Source: an uncultured Chloroflexia bacterium (lineage in GTDB: Bacteria > Chloroflexota > Chloroflexia > QHBQ01 > JADMIH01). From it: a DNA stretch of 64,000 nucleotides. Each line of letters starts with the position of its first letter. Position 1 is the stretch's first letter. Made by a program: the position numbers and the translations under genes. This document shows, one piece after another, positions 1-7,827 of the stretch. Under the pieces are notes generated by a model. That model did no database searches and had not been told where the DNA came from. It worked only from the letters and a program-made list of their open reading frames with translations. The stretch lies in assembly GCA_963837315.1 (NCBI GenBank), contig CAWINE010000013.1, positions 75,780 to 139,779 of the forward strand, given 5' to 3'.

Positions 1-448
1 CCGCGGAGTTTCTTTGCGGGCACCTTGCGGTCTTGAAGCGTATAATGCGCTCTTCGACACCTTGAACCTTGTCTATACTACTGGGTACTAGTACTTCAGC
101 GCATCGGTGGTCTATACCATCAGTACTGGCTCGAAAGTACTACTTCGCGGTGGTGGAATTGGCACAAACGTGCCATGTGGCCTACGTAATTTTACGTAGG
201 GAAGCGCGCCAACAGCGCTGCAGGGCGGACAAATCCCCGTCCTGGTCTTACGCAGTCCGCCCAGGCGCACTATTCAGGATATAGAGATGCATTGCAATAC
301 GTCTCTACTTTCCCAGGCACAATTTTGGGAAAAGGCAGCCCGCGTAGGCGGACTTTGTAAACCTAGCTGGCGGTTTAACCGCCGTGCGGTGTCCGCTAAC
401 AAAATCTGTCGGACACAATGGATATGTCGTGCCGCTACACGGGATCTG

Positions 449-1177
449 TCAGGCACGGCTAGTAAGTGCCTGGTGTCCGCCGGTGGTCTGCGGAGTGACT
501 ATGCCTTCCCTGAACGCGCAGATCGCCAGTTCCAACCGGTTCTCCACACTCAGTTTGTGGTAGACGGTGCCAAGGTGGTGCCGCACGGTGCTATCGGTTA
601 TACAGAGTTGCTCGCTGATCTGCTTGTTGCGCAATCCTTCGCAGACCAATGCTATCACCTCGCGCTCACGCAATGTGAGGCTGGCAATCCTGGCGGCCTC
701 GGGACTGGGGAGGTCATCTTTGCGTGGGTTGCGCAACTCTCCTACCAGCCGCACTATCATAGAAGGGTCCAGCCACACCTCTCCGGCATGCACCCTTTTG
801 ATTGCTTCATGCAGCACTTCCGGTGGCTGTTCCTTGAGCACAACGCCCATCACACCCAGTTGTACTCCCCGCCAGTGTAGCTCCGGGTCAGCTATCGACG
901 TCAAAAGGAGCACGCGCGCCCTGGGTGCGATCATGATAAGTTTGGGGAGTAAATTGAGGTTGCTGTTGCCGTGCAGGTCGACACTTATCAATATGACATC
1001 CGGCTGAAGAGACTCGGCCAGAGCGAGTGGAGTGTCGTCGCTGGAGGCCTCCCCGATTATGGCCATATTCGACCAGCTCTCGATGAGCATTCGAAGGCCG
1101 GCCCTCACAATAAGACGGTTCTCAATTAGCAATAGTCGGATGGTGCCGCTCTTATGTGTAGCCATTAGTGCTATCAT
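449..1177 (-). CDS. LuxR/NarL-family response regulator (receiver + HTH)
   Basis: ORF 449..1285(-). The first 36 codons look like read-through, and ATG at 1177 (MIALMATHKSG) is a better start. Receiver-like motifs DVILISVDLHG, LLLTS and VVLKE are followed by a LuxR HTH (REREVIALVCEGLRNKQISEQLCITDSTVRHHLGTVYHKL). The first acidic pair is EN (LLLIENR) instead of DD. Confidence 0.8.
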   Translation of the reverse strand: MIALMATHKSGTIRLLLIENRLIVRAGLRMLIESWSNMAIIGEASSDDTPLALAESLQPDVILISVDLHGNSNLNLLPKLIMIAPRARVLLLTSIADPELHWRGVQLGVMGVVLKEQPPEVLHEAIKRVHAGEVWLDPSMIVRLVGELRNPRKDDLPSPEAARIASLTLREREVIALVCEGLRNKQISEQLCITDSTVRHHLGTVYHKLSVENRLELAICAFREGIVTPQTTGGHQALTSRA

Positions 1178-1410
1178 GTCCTCGCTTTCACGGGTCGCAT
1201 CAGGCAATGGCAACGGCCATGTACCATAACTTTGCGCGTTATTCGGGGATCTATATGCTCTGCCTTTTGTCGGCCCAAAAGACACTGCTAATGGGCATCC
1301 GCCGCCCGGCGCAGAGTATAGAAATTGTGACTAACGACAATTATAGTCCTCGCCGTGTGCGTTGTCAATGCCCTTTAGCATCAAAGTGTGGCGTTATATT
1401 CTTAGACTTT

Positions 1411-3465
1411 TCATGGCTCATAACCGATGACTACCCGTAAGACTTCCGCCACGCTCCATGCCTGCGAGATACAACCTCTTGGCGTGTGTGGCTCGTCGCC
1501 GTCGAAGATTTCACTGATCGTGCCGAGACCGGCGTCGGCGAGATGGCGGCGGAGATAGGGGAGGGTGCGCTCGAGCTCGGCGCGGGCGGCTTCACGGCCC
1601 TCTACAGCGGCCACGGCGTCGAAGTAAGGGCCGAGGAGCCAGGCCCAGGCGAGGCCCATGTGGTACGCCGCGTCACGCTGGTGGCGGTCGCCTTCGTATC
1701 TTCGGATGTAGCGTGGATCGTCGGGCGAGAGGGTGCGCAGACCGTAGGGTGTGAAGAGCTTCTCGCGCACCGATTTCAGCACGCCACGCGCCTGCTCGGC
1801 TGCCAGCAGATCTTTGTCGAGCGAAAGAGCGAAAATCTGGTTGGGGCGAATGGAGGCATCGTCGCCGTCGGGGCCATCAACCACATCGTACAGGCACTCA
1901 GCATCGTTGCGCCAGAAGCGGCTTCGGAACGAGGCCCTGGCCTGCTCGGCGAGCGCGCTGAAATCAGGCTGCTCCAGCCTGCCCGGCTGCACAGTTCGGC
2001 CCAGCGCCAGCTTCAGCTTCTCCATCACCCTGAGGGCGTTGTACCAGAGGGCGTTTATCTCCACAGGCTTACCTGTGCGCGGCGTGACCACCCAATCGTC
2101 CACTTTGGCGTCCATCCAGGTGAGCTGCACGCCCGGCTCACCGGCGCGCAGGAGGCCGTCAGCCGGGTCCATGCCAATGCCGTATCGAGTGCCGCGCACG
2201 TGCCAGGCGATGATGTCCGACAGCAACGGGAAGAGGCCACGAGCCGTCACGAGGCTGCCGGTGCCCTCAGTCAGCCGCTCGACCGCCTCGAACATCCAGA
2301 GGGTGGCGTCGGCGGTATTGTACTGGGGAGCGCCCGCCTGGTCGGGGAAGTTGTTGGGTAGCAAGCCTTCTCGTGCGAAGGCGGCGAAGGTGCGCAGAAT
2401 CTTGTTGGCCTCGCGCACGCGCCCGGTGGGGAGCGACAGGCCGGGCAGGGATATCATCGTGTCGCGGCCCCAGTCCGTGAACCAGTGGTAGCCCGCCAGC
2501 ACGGTGGGCACCTGCTGGGTTGTGCCGTCGCGATGCAGGTCGCGCAACACCATGAATGTGTCGGCTGCCCTCACCAATTGGGCCGTGAAGGCATCCGGCG
2601 ATGCTGAGGCGTCTGAAGGATCGGCGTCCGCCCCTTTGCTCCTGATACCTGCTGCCCTCACCAGCCGCTGCTGCCGCAACCGCTCGCGCTCCAGAGCGCC
2701 CGGCACGAGGGGGTCGGTCTTATCGGGCGGCTCGGTGCTGGCGACCAGGGTCAGGCTCTGGCCGGGGCTGAGATTGGCGCGGATCACGCCAGGCAGGTAG
2801 AGATCGTCGCGCTCGGTAAAGCCGCGCTCCACGTCTCGCCTGTAGACGAAGTTCCAGTACCAGACGCCTGTATGTGTGAACTCGGCCGGCGCATGGGTGG
2901 TGAGCCAGAAGGGGCGCGCATCCTCTTTCGCCACGATTTTGCAGCCGCCGACCAGCGCCTCGACCCCGAAATCCCACTCGAATCGACCCTTCGTCGTGCT
3001 GTGATAGTCGCGGTAGTTGCACATCGGGTGGAGCGTCATGTTTATCTGGCCGTTTCCCTCGACATAGCTGTAGCGAATGTAGGCCGTATTATGACCGTGC
3101 TCCATCCAGACCGTTTTGAGCAGCAGGCGATCGCCAAGGCGGTATGCTCTAGTGGGGATGTTGTCCTCAAGGCGGAACTCCTCGATATGCACGAAGCCGC
3201 CTGGATATATCTTCCCGTCGGGGTACTCGTTCGCGCCCAGATCATAGGTGCGCCCATCCATCTCCACTTCTTCGTTGATGTTGTTCAGGAGCACGGTGCG
3301 CTCCACCGGTGGCTCGAACGCGGCAACCAGCAGCGCATGGTAGCGCCGTGTGTTGACACCCGATATGGTGCCCGAAGCAAATCCGCCAATGCCGTTGCCC
3401 ACCAGCCACTCCTTATTGAGCGCCTGCTCCAGGTCTATGCAGATTTCGCGGCTGATAGTTAGCAT
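1411..3465 (-). CDS. glycogen debranching enzyme, archaeal type (amylo-alpha-1,6-glucosidase family)
   Basis: Intact 684-aa ORF. The N-terminus EWLVGNGIGGFASGTISGVNTRRYHALLVAA and the C-terminal motifs WFTDWGRDTMISLPGL, QLTWMDAKV and GCISQAWSVAEVLR are typical of the GDE_N/GDE_C family. Confidence 0.8.
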   Translation of the reverse strand: MLTISREICIDLEQALNKEWLVGNGIGGFASGTISGVNTRRYHALLVAAFEPPVERTVLLNNINEEVEMDGRTYDLGANEYPDGKIYPGGFVHIEEFRLEDNIPTRAYRLGDRLLLKTVWMEHGHNTAYIRYSYVEGNGQINMTLHPMCNYRDYHSTTKGRFEWDFGVEALVGGCKIVAKEDARPFWLTTHAPAEFTHTGVWYWNFVYRRDVERGFTERDDLYLPGVIRANLSPGQSLTLVASTEPPDKTDPLVPGALERERLRQQRLVRAAGIRSKGADADPSDASASPDAFTAQLVRAADTFMVLRDLHRDGTTQQVPTVLAGYHWFTDWGRDTMISLPGLSLPTGRVREANKILRTFAAFAREGLLPNNFPDQAGAPQYNTADATLWMFEAVERLTEGTGSLVTARGLFPLLSDIIAWHVRGTRYGIGMDPADGLLRAGEPGVQLTWMDAKVDDWVVTPRTGKPVEINALWYNALRVMEKLKLALGRTVQPGRLEQPDFSALAEQARASFRSRFWRNDAECLYDVVDGPDGDDASIRPNQIFALSLDKDLLAAEQARGVLKSVREKLFTPYGLRTLSPDDPRYIRRYEGDRHQRDAAYHMGLAWAWLLGPYFDAVAAVEGREAARAELERTLPYLRRHLADAGLGTISEIFDGDEPHTPRGCISQAWSVAEVLRVVIGYEP

Positions 3466-3490
3466 TGGTCCCTTCTATTCCCGACAGTTC

Positions 3491-3740
3491 TTTTCACCGC
3501 CAAGACGCCAAGGTCCGCCAAGGTCGCCAAGATTATTATAGTTTTAACCACGAAGGTCACGAAGGTCACGAAGGTCACGAAGGTTTTTATTGTTTTGAAT
3601 TACAGAGATCACAGAGTTTATTAATGGTTCAACCCAAAAGCCTTGGCGAACCTTTGCGTTCTTGGCGTCTTGGCGGTTCCGTTTTACGTTTTACGTCTTA
3701 CGTTTTACGTTTCGTCCGTCGTCCTTCGTCCGTCGTCCCC
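3491..3740. repeat. composite nested-palindrome repeat element (copy A)
   Basis: Left arm caccgccaagacgccaaggtccgccaaggtcgccaaga (3495-3532) pairs with right arm ccttggcg...cttggcgtcttggcggt (3641-3677). The core has (CACGAAGGT)x4 at 3549-3584 and CACAGAG units. These are followed by an (ACGTTTT)n block at 3681-3712 and a GACGAAG-type block at 3713-3738. Confidence 0.85.
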
Positions 3741-4475
3741 GTAGAGCGCCCTCAGCACCCCGGGCAGCTCGCCTATTCGGGTGATTGTGGCATCCGGGGT
3801 GATGGTCAGGTCGTCGAGGTCGGGGGAACGGTTGGGGACCTTCTTCCAGATACCTTTCATGCCCACGTTTTGTGCGCCTTTGACGTCGTAGCGTAGGAAA
3901 TCGCCCACAAAGGCCACCTCTCGGGGCGGGAGAGCCAGGCAGTCTAGGGCGACCTGGAATATCTGCGGCGCGGGCTTCTCCCAGCCGACCTCGCATGAGT
4001 AGAAGCGGCAGGGAAGGAGATCGATGATGCCCAGGCGCACAAGATCGGGGTCGTGGGCGGCGGCGGGCCAGGATGTGTTCGACACCAGGCCCAGCTTCAG
4101 CCCCCAGTCGCGCAAGGTCTCGAGCGCGGGACGCACGTCGGGCTCTATATAAACGTTGCCGGTGACACGCCCGTACCAGGGCAGCAGACATTCTTCAGGC
4201 CGAAGGTCCGCGATACCAAGCCGGTCGAACATAGGCTGCAGAAGGTCGAGCAGCGGTCGGCCACGCATCGTTTCGCGGGCTTCGGTCCAGCGGGCTTGTG
4301 TGCCGGTTTCCATGGTTTCGATGAACTCATCGAGCGGCGGGAGATGAGCACCGTAACCTCGCTCGGTGATATAGGCGTAAAGGCCGCGGCTCAAATCACG
4401 ATTCAGGTAGCCCCAATCCTCGTTGCGGTACTCCTGCAGCGTGCTGCCCAGGTCGAATAAAACGCCCTTTAGCAT
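3705..4475 (-). CDS. HAD-superfamily hydrolase (subfamily IA-like)
   Basis: 256-aa ORF with an N-terminal DxG motif context (MLKGVLFDLGSTL) and a C-terminal VGDFLRYDVKGAQNVGM. The last ~11 codons (DDGRRTTDET) are encoded by the repeat block at 3705-3740. Overlaps the upstream hydrolase gene by 7 nt. Confidence 0.7.
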   Translation of the reverse strand: MLKGVLFDLGSTLQEYRNEDWGYLNRDLSRGLYAYITERGYGAHLPPLDEFIETMETGTQARWTEARETMRGRPLLDLLQPMFDRLGIADLRPEECLLPWYGRVTGNVYIEPDVRPALETLRDWGLKLGLVSNTSWPAAAHDPDLVRLGIIDLLPCRFYSCEVGWEKPAPQIFQVALDCLALPPREVAFVGDFLRYDVKGAQNVGMKGIWKKVPNRSPDLDDLTITPDATITRIGELPGVLRALYGDDGRRTTDET

Positions 4476-5305
4476 CTACCCTCTTCTCTCTGCGAGATAA
4501 AGTCGAATATCGCATCGAACACCCGCAGACGGTCATAGTCCACGGTGACCACGTGGAAGCCACGATGCAGAGCGATCATCTTTTTGTCGTCGGAGCCGAG
4601 GCGCGAGTAGATATGGTGCGACGAGACGCTCGGCACAACATGGTCGCGGCGCGAATAGATGATGAGGGCGGGCATGTGTATCCGGGGCAGCCCTGCCCGC
4701 ACGTGGGCCAGAAAGTCAACAATGGAAGCTGTAGCGTCCACCGGCGAGCGCATATAGCCGACCAGGTTCTGCCTGGCTTCCGGGTCCTCGATGTCGCGGT
4801 AAGGCTTATTAAGGAAAGGCAGCGGCCCCTGGATGCCGCGCAACAGGTAACCCACGCCCGATGGGAAGTAGATAGGCGCGGACATTATCACGATGCCCGC
4901 CAGGTCTTCGCTGCGTTGCGAGGCAGTATATAAGGCCAGCGCCCCGCCCAGCGACAGTCCCACCAGGTAGATGCGGCTGCACTTCGATTTCATCACATCG
5001 AGAGCGCGGCTGACCGACTCGTACCATTCCTGCCAGGTCTTGCCTTGCAGGTCTTCGGGCGCGGTGCCGTGCCCGGCCAGCAGAGGCGCGCCTGCCGTTA
5101 TGCCCCTCTCCGCCAGGAAGCGGGCCAGCTCGCGCATCTCGTATGCAGTCGAAGTGAAACCATGTATGAGCAGGCAGCCCACCGGCCCCGCCTCATATAG
5201 AAACGGCTCGGCCCCAGGCATGAGCGGGTGTGCCGCCTCCGGCAGCTCAAACGGCAGGCTCTCCTGCCAGGAGTCCCGGTCGTTCAGTTCCGCGGTATCT
5301 CGCAA
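4469..5305 (-). CDS. alpha/beta hydrolase (carboxylesterase / monoacylglycerol-lipase-like)
   Basis: 278-aa ORF with LIHGFTSTAYEMRELARFL, the nucleophile elbow GLSLGG, and C-terminal DHVV...H residues consistent with a Ser-Asp-His triad. Confidence 0.7.
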   Translation of the reverse strand: MRDTAELNDRDSWQESLPFELPEAAHPLMPGAEPFLYEAGPVGCLLIHGFTSTAYEMRELARFLAERGITAGAPLLAGHGTAPEDLQGKTWQEWYESVSRALDVMKSKCSRIYLVGLSLGGALALYTASQRSEDLAGIVIMSAPIYFPSGVGYLLRGIQGPLPFLNKPYRDIEDPEARQNLVGYMRSPVDATASIVDFLAHVRAGLPRIHMPALIIYSRRDHVVPSVSSHHIYSRLGSDDKKMIALHRGFHVVTVDYDRLRVFDAIFDFISQREEGRC

Positions 5306-5324
5306 ACTAGGTCCTTTCTAGGCC

Positions 5325-5438
5325 GGTTGTCTGACGTAGTTGTCAGTTGTCAGTTGACCGGGGCGGGCAGTAATAATCAGTCGCCATCACATTTCACGTT
5401 TCGCGCCGTCGGTCGTCTGATGACAACTGCTAACTACC
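5325..5438. repeat. degenerate TGTCAGT-type hairpin element
   Basis: Left arm ggttgtctgacgtagttgtcagttgtcagttgacc (5325-5358) faces right arm cggtcgtctgatgacaactgctaactacc (5410-5438), with a cacgttt-like unit in the loop. Confidence 0.6.
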
Positions 5439-7728
5439 GCACAGGAGGACTGCAGCCTGGGAAGAAGGTGTTGGCATCTATCTTCGATGTCTGTCCCCTC
5501 GTGGCGTTGTTGTTGGGTAGGAAGTATGGCCGGTTATCGGGCGGCACGCATTGCCCTGCAGGTGCTATACCGCATGGATATCCAGACATTACCTCCCGGC
5601 TCACCAGTCTGTAAGTGTAGGTGTAATAGGCGCTTCCTACCGGCACGTCCTCGAACTTCAGCCCGATGGGTACGTCATTGTAACCGGCAGCATTGCTCAC
5701 TATCTTGCTGATCTGGCCCCTGGTGGCGTTGTTATTCGGCCTGAAGTAAGGCAGGTTATCGGGAGGCACACAGGGCTCGCCGTTCCCACCGCATGGATAG
5801 CCGTTGATGAACCCTCTAGATGCAAGGCGACCAATGTATTGGAAGAAGGTAGAACCGACAGGCACGTCCTGGAAGGTTCGGGCAGTCTGGTTATCCGAGA
5901 AGCCGGCAGAGTTAGAGACGATCTTTGATAGCTGGCCTCTTGTGACGTCGTTGCCGGGTTTGAAAGTACCGTTAGGGTAGCCGTTGATGATGCCCAAACA
6001 GGCAAGACAGCGAACAAATGGGAAGAAGGTGCTGCCGGGCGGCACGTCAGAGAAGGTGAGCGTGCATGCGGTTGGCGTAACGGTAGGGGCTTCTGGTGTG
6101 GAAGTCGCGGTAAAGGTGTTTGGCGGCACTGAGGTGTTTGTCGGTACTGAGGTAGCTGATGGGCCGCCCGGGGTCTGGGTCGGCAAGGGGGTATCTGTGG
6201 GCGCCGGTGGCGTGTTAGTAGGAGAAGGCAGGGGAGTAGACGTTCGGGTGCTGGATGGGCCGGTGGTTGGAGTGCGGGTAATGGTGGGTGTAGGAGTGTG
6301 GGTCCCTACCAGGGCGGTATCGGTCGCTGAAGGCGTGCCGCTCGGGGGCAAGCTCCATGCGTTCACATACGAGCCTGAGAGCCAGTAGATGAACCCGTGC
6401 GACACAGCCACCCCAGAGTTGGCAGACCCGGCACTGGCAGGTGTTATAGTGCGAAGCAGACTGCCGTCGGTTTCGCTCCTGATCTGGAGGCCGCTGGACC
6501 CACCATTTATGAAGATGAGGCCGTTGGCGACAGCGATATTGCCATGCGTAGTCGGTATACTCACAGGTCCCCAGCGGAGGTTGCCGTTGGCCGGGTCTAC
6601 CGCGTAGATACTGCCGTTGACGATGAATAGCGTGCCTCCGCTGCCGAAGGTGGGGTCGTAGGCGGGCATCAGACCCACGTTTGTGCCGCCTGCGCTGTGC
6701 GTCCAGATAGCGCCGCTATTCACGTTGGTGATGTCGTACGTGTAGAATATGCCGTTCTTGTGGCCTGCTGCAACCAGCGTACGGTTCTGGCTGTCGTGGA
6801 ATATGATGGCCGTTGTGCCGAAGTCAAGGTCACTACTAGGTGAAGGCTCCTGGTGATGCTGGAGAACAGCCAGGGTGTTCGAGTCCATCGTTACCATGCT
6901 GCGGGTGAGCGAGCAGTCGGTGCAGCTAAAGTCCTCGCCCGTGCCGACGGCCACTGTGCTGCCATCCGGCGATAGAGCCGGCGAGTTCCAGATGCCGCCT
7001 CCCGCCTCCCCAGACCCCACGAAGAATGCGCTTGCAACGGTATTGCCGCTGGTCATATCAACTGCGCGTAGCTCGCCACGCACCGAGGGGTTATCGCAGC
7101 GCGATGCGATACCCACATAGGCGCGGTTATTATAGAGGAACGGCAACTCCCACGGGAAGCCGCTCGCTCCTACACTCATCGTGTTGGTCCAGACCTTGGT
7201 GCCGCTCATTGTATCAATGCCATTGTAAGCGGGATTATTGCTTGCGTTGTCCTCGCCCACGACCACCTGCGTGCCTGATATGGCGGGTGTCGAGCCGATG
7301 CCAACATTGAAGCAACTGCTCCTGTAGCCTATATTCTCGTGCCAAATCGAGTTTCCGCTTGCGGCGTCAAAGGCAAAGAAGTTGTCGCTCGGAGATGCCG
7401 CGCTGCTGCCCACATAGACCACCCCATTCGAGACGCTGGGTGCTGCCGAGCCTGGAGTGCCGTTGTTGCCGACATTCGCCTGCCAGCGCTGCACCAGTTG
7501 GCCCACATTACCCGCGCCAATAATGGTCTCGGATCGGATTGAAGTTAGTGCGCTGGTAATCATGGCCGTACATGGGCCAATCGGCGGGATCGGCCAAGAC
7601 GGCGGCAGGCTGCGATCCCGTGCGGGCCGGCACGCCGGCGGAACCTGGGAAGTCTGCCCCGGCAGCACCAGCAAGACCAGCAGCGCAAGCAAGAAGATGA
7701 TACCGTTGGGCAACATACGCTTCTTCAT
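5434..7728 (-). CDS. secreted PQQ-like beta-propeller protein with Thr/Pro linker and three C-terminal SLH domains (paralog 1)
   Basis: ORF 5434..7818(-). The likely start is ATG 7728 (MKKRMLPNGIIFLLALLVLLVLPGQTSQ, a signal peptide), and the upstream 30 codons are a TGTCAGT-repeat translation. Three SLH-like units are present (FSDVPPGSTFFPFVRCLACLGIINGYPNGTFKPGNDVTRGQLSKIV and others). An internal pair of compensating frameshifts lies at ~7640 and ~7535 (see findings). Confidence 0.75.
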   Translation of the reverse strand: MKKRMLPNGIIFLLALLVLLVLPGQTSQVPPACRPARDRSLPPSWPIPPIGPCTAMITSALTSIRSETIIGAGNVGQLVQRWQANVGNNGTPGSAAPSVSNGVVYVGSSAASPSDNFFAFDAASGNSIWHENIGYRSSCFNVGIGSTPAISGTQVVVGEDNASNNPAYNGIDTMSGTKVWTNTMSVGASGFPWELPFLYNNRAYVGIASRCDNPSVRGELRAVDMTSGNTVASAFFVGSGEAGGGIWNSPALSPDGSTVAVGTGEDFSCTDCSLTRSMVTMDSNTLAVLQHHQEPSPSSDLDFGTTAIIFHDSQNRTLVAAGHKNGIFYTYDITNVNSGAIWTHSAGGTNVGLMPAYDPTFGSGGTLFIVNGSIYAVDPANGNLRWGPVSIPTTHGNIAVANGLIFINGGSSGLQIRSETDGSLLRTITPASAGSANSGVAVSHGFIYWLSGSYVNAWSLPPSGTPSATDTALVGTHTPTPTITRTPTTGPSSTRTSTPLPSPTNTPPAPTDTPLPTQTPGGPSATSVPTNTSVPPNTFTATSTPEAPTVTPTACTLTFSDVPPGSTFFPFVRCLACLGIINGYPNGTFKPGNDVTRGQLSKIVSNSAGFSDNQTARTFQDVPVGSTFFQYIGRLASRGFINGYPCGGNGEPCVPPDNLPYFRPNNNATRGQISKIVSNAAGYNDVPIGLKFEDVPVGSAYYTYTYRLVSREVMSGYPCGIAPAGQCVPPDNRPYFLPNNNATRGQTSKIDANTFFPGCSPPVR

Positions 7729-7748
7729 CAGTACCCTCCATGTATGGT

Positions 7749-7820
7749 CATCGTTCGTCCTTCGTCGTCCATCGTTCGTTCGTCCGTCTACTGACAACTG
7801 ACAACTGACAACTGACAACT
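7749..7820. repeat. half element: GACGAAG-type block + CGTCTA(CTGACAA)4 arm
   Basis: The sequence is catcgttcgtccttcgtcgtccatcgttcgttcgtccgtctactgacaactgacaactgacaactgacaact. It matches the right outer arm of the element at 11672-12039, and no partner arm is nearby. Confidence 0.8.
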
Positions 7821-7827
7821 ACGTCCC

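Noticed and set aside
1-448. Cobalamin, SAM or c-di-GMP riboswitch in the left-edge non-coding region
   Set aside because: I could not find the diagnostic conserved boxes (for example the B12 box). There is also no downstream gene in the appropriate orientation within the window.
3549-3584. Possible CRISPR array, because of the regular short repeats (also 11672-11707, 49726-49760)
   Set aside because: The units are 7-9 nt, directly tandem with no spacers, and paired with inverted partners. No cas genes are present. These are not CRISPR.
3465-3896. ORFs translated from repeat elements (also 11687..11911, 21151..21486, 21027..21320, 40117..40311)
   Set aside because: Peptides such as HEGHEGHEGHEG, RQDAKVRQGRQD and VSFVLFVIQTH are only the tandem 7-9-mers read as codons. 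The same DNA recurs as non-coding palindromes.
7729-7818. N-terminal ORF extensions into repeats (also 13830..13910, 21088..21303, 50455..50577, 1178..1285)
   Set aside because: In each case an internal ATG gives a canonical signal peptide or domain start, and the upstream codons are repeat or hairpin sequence.
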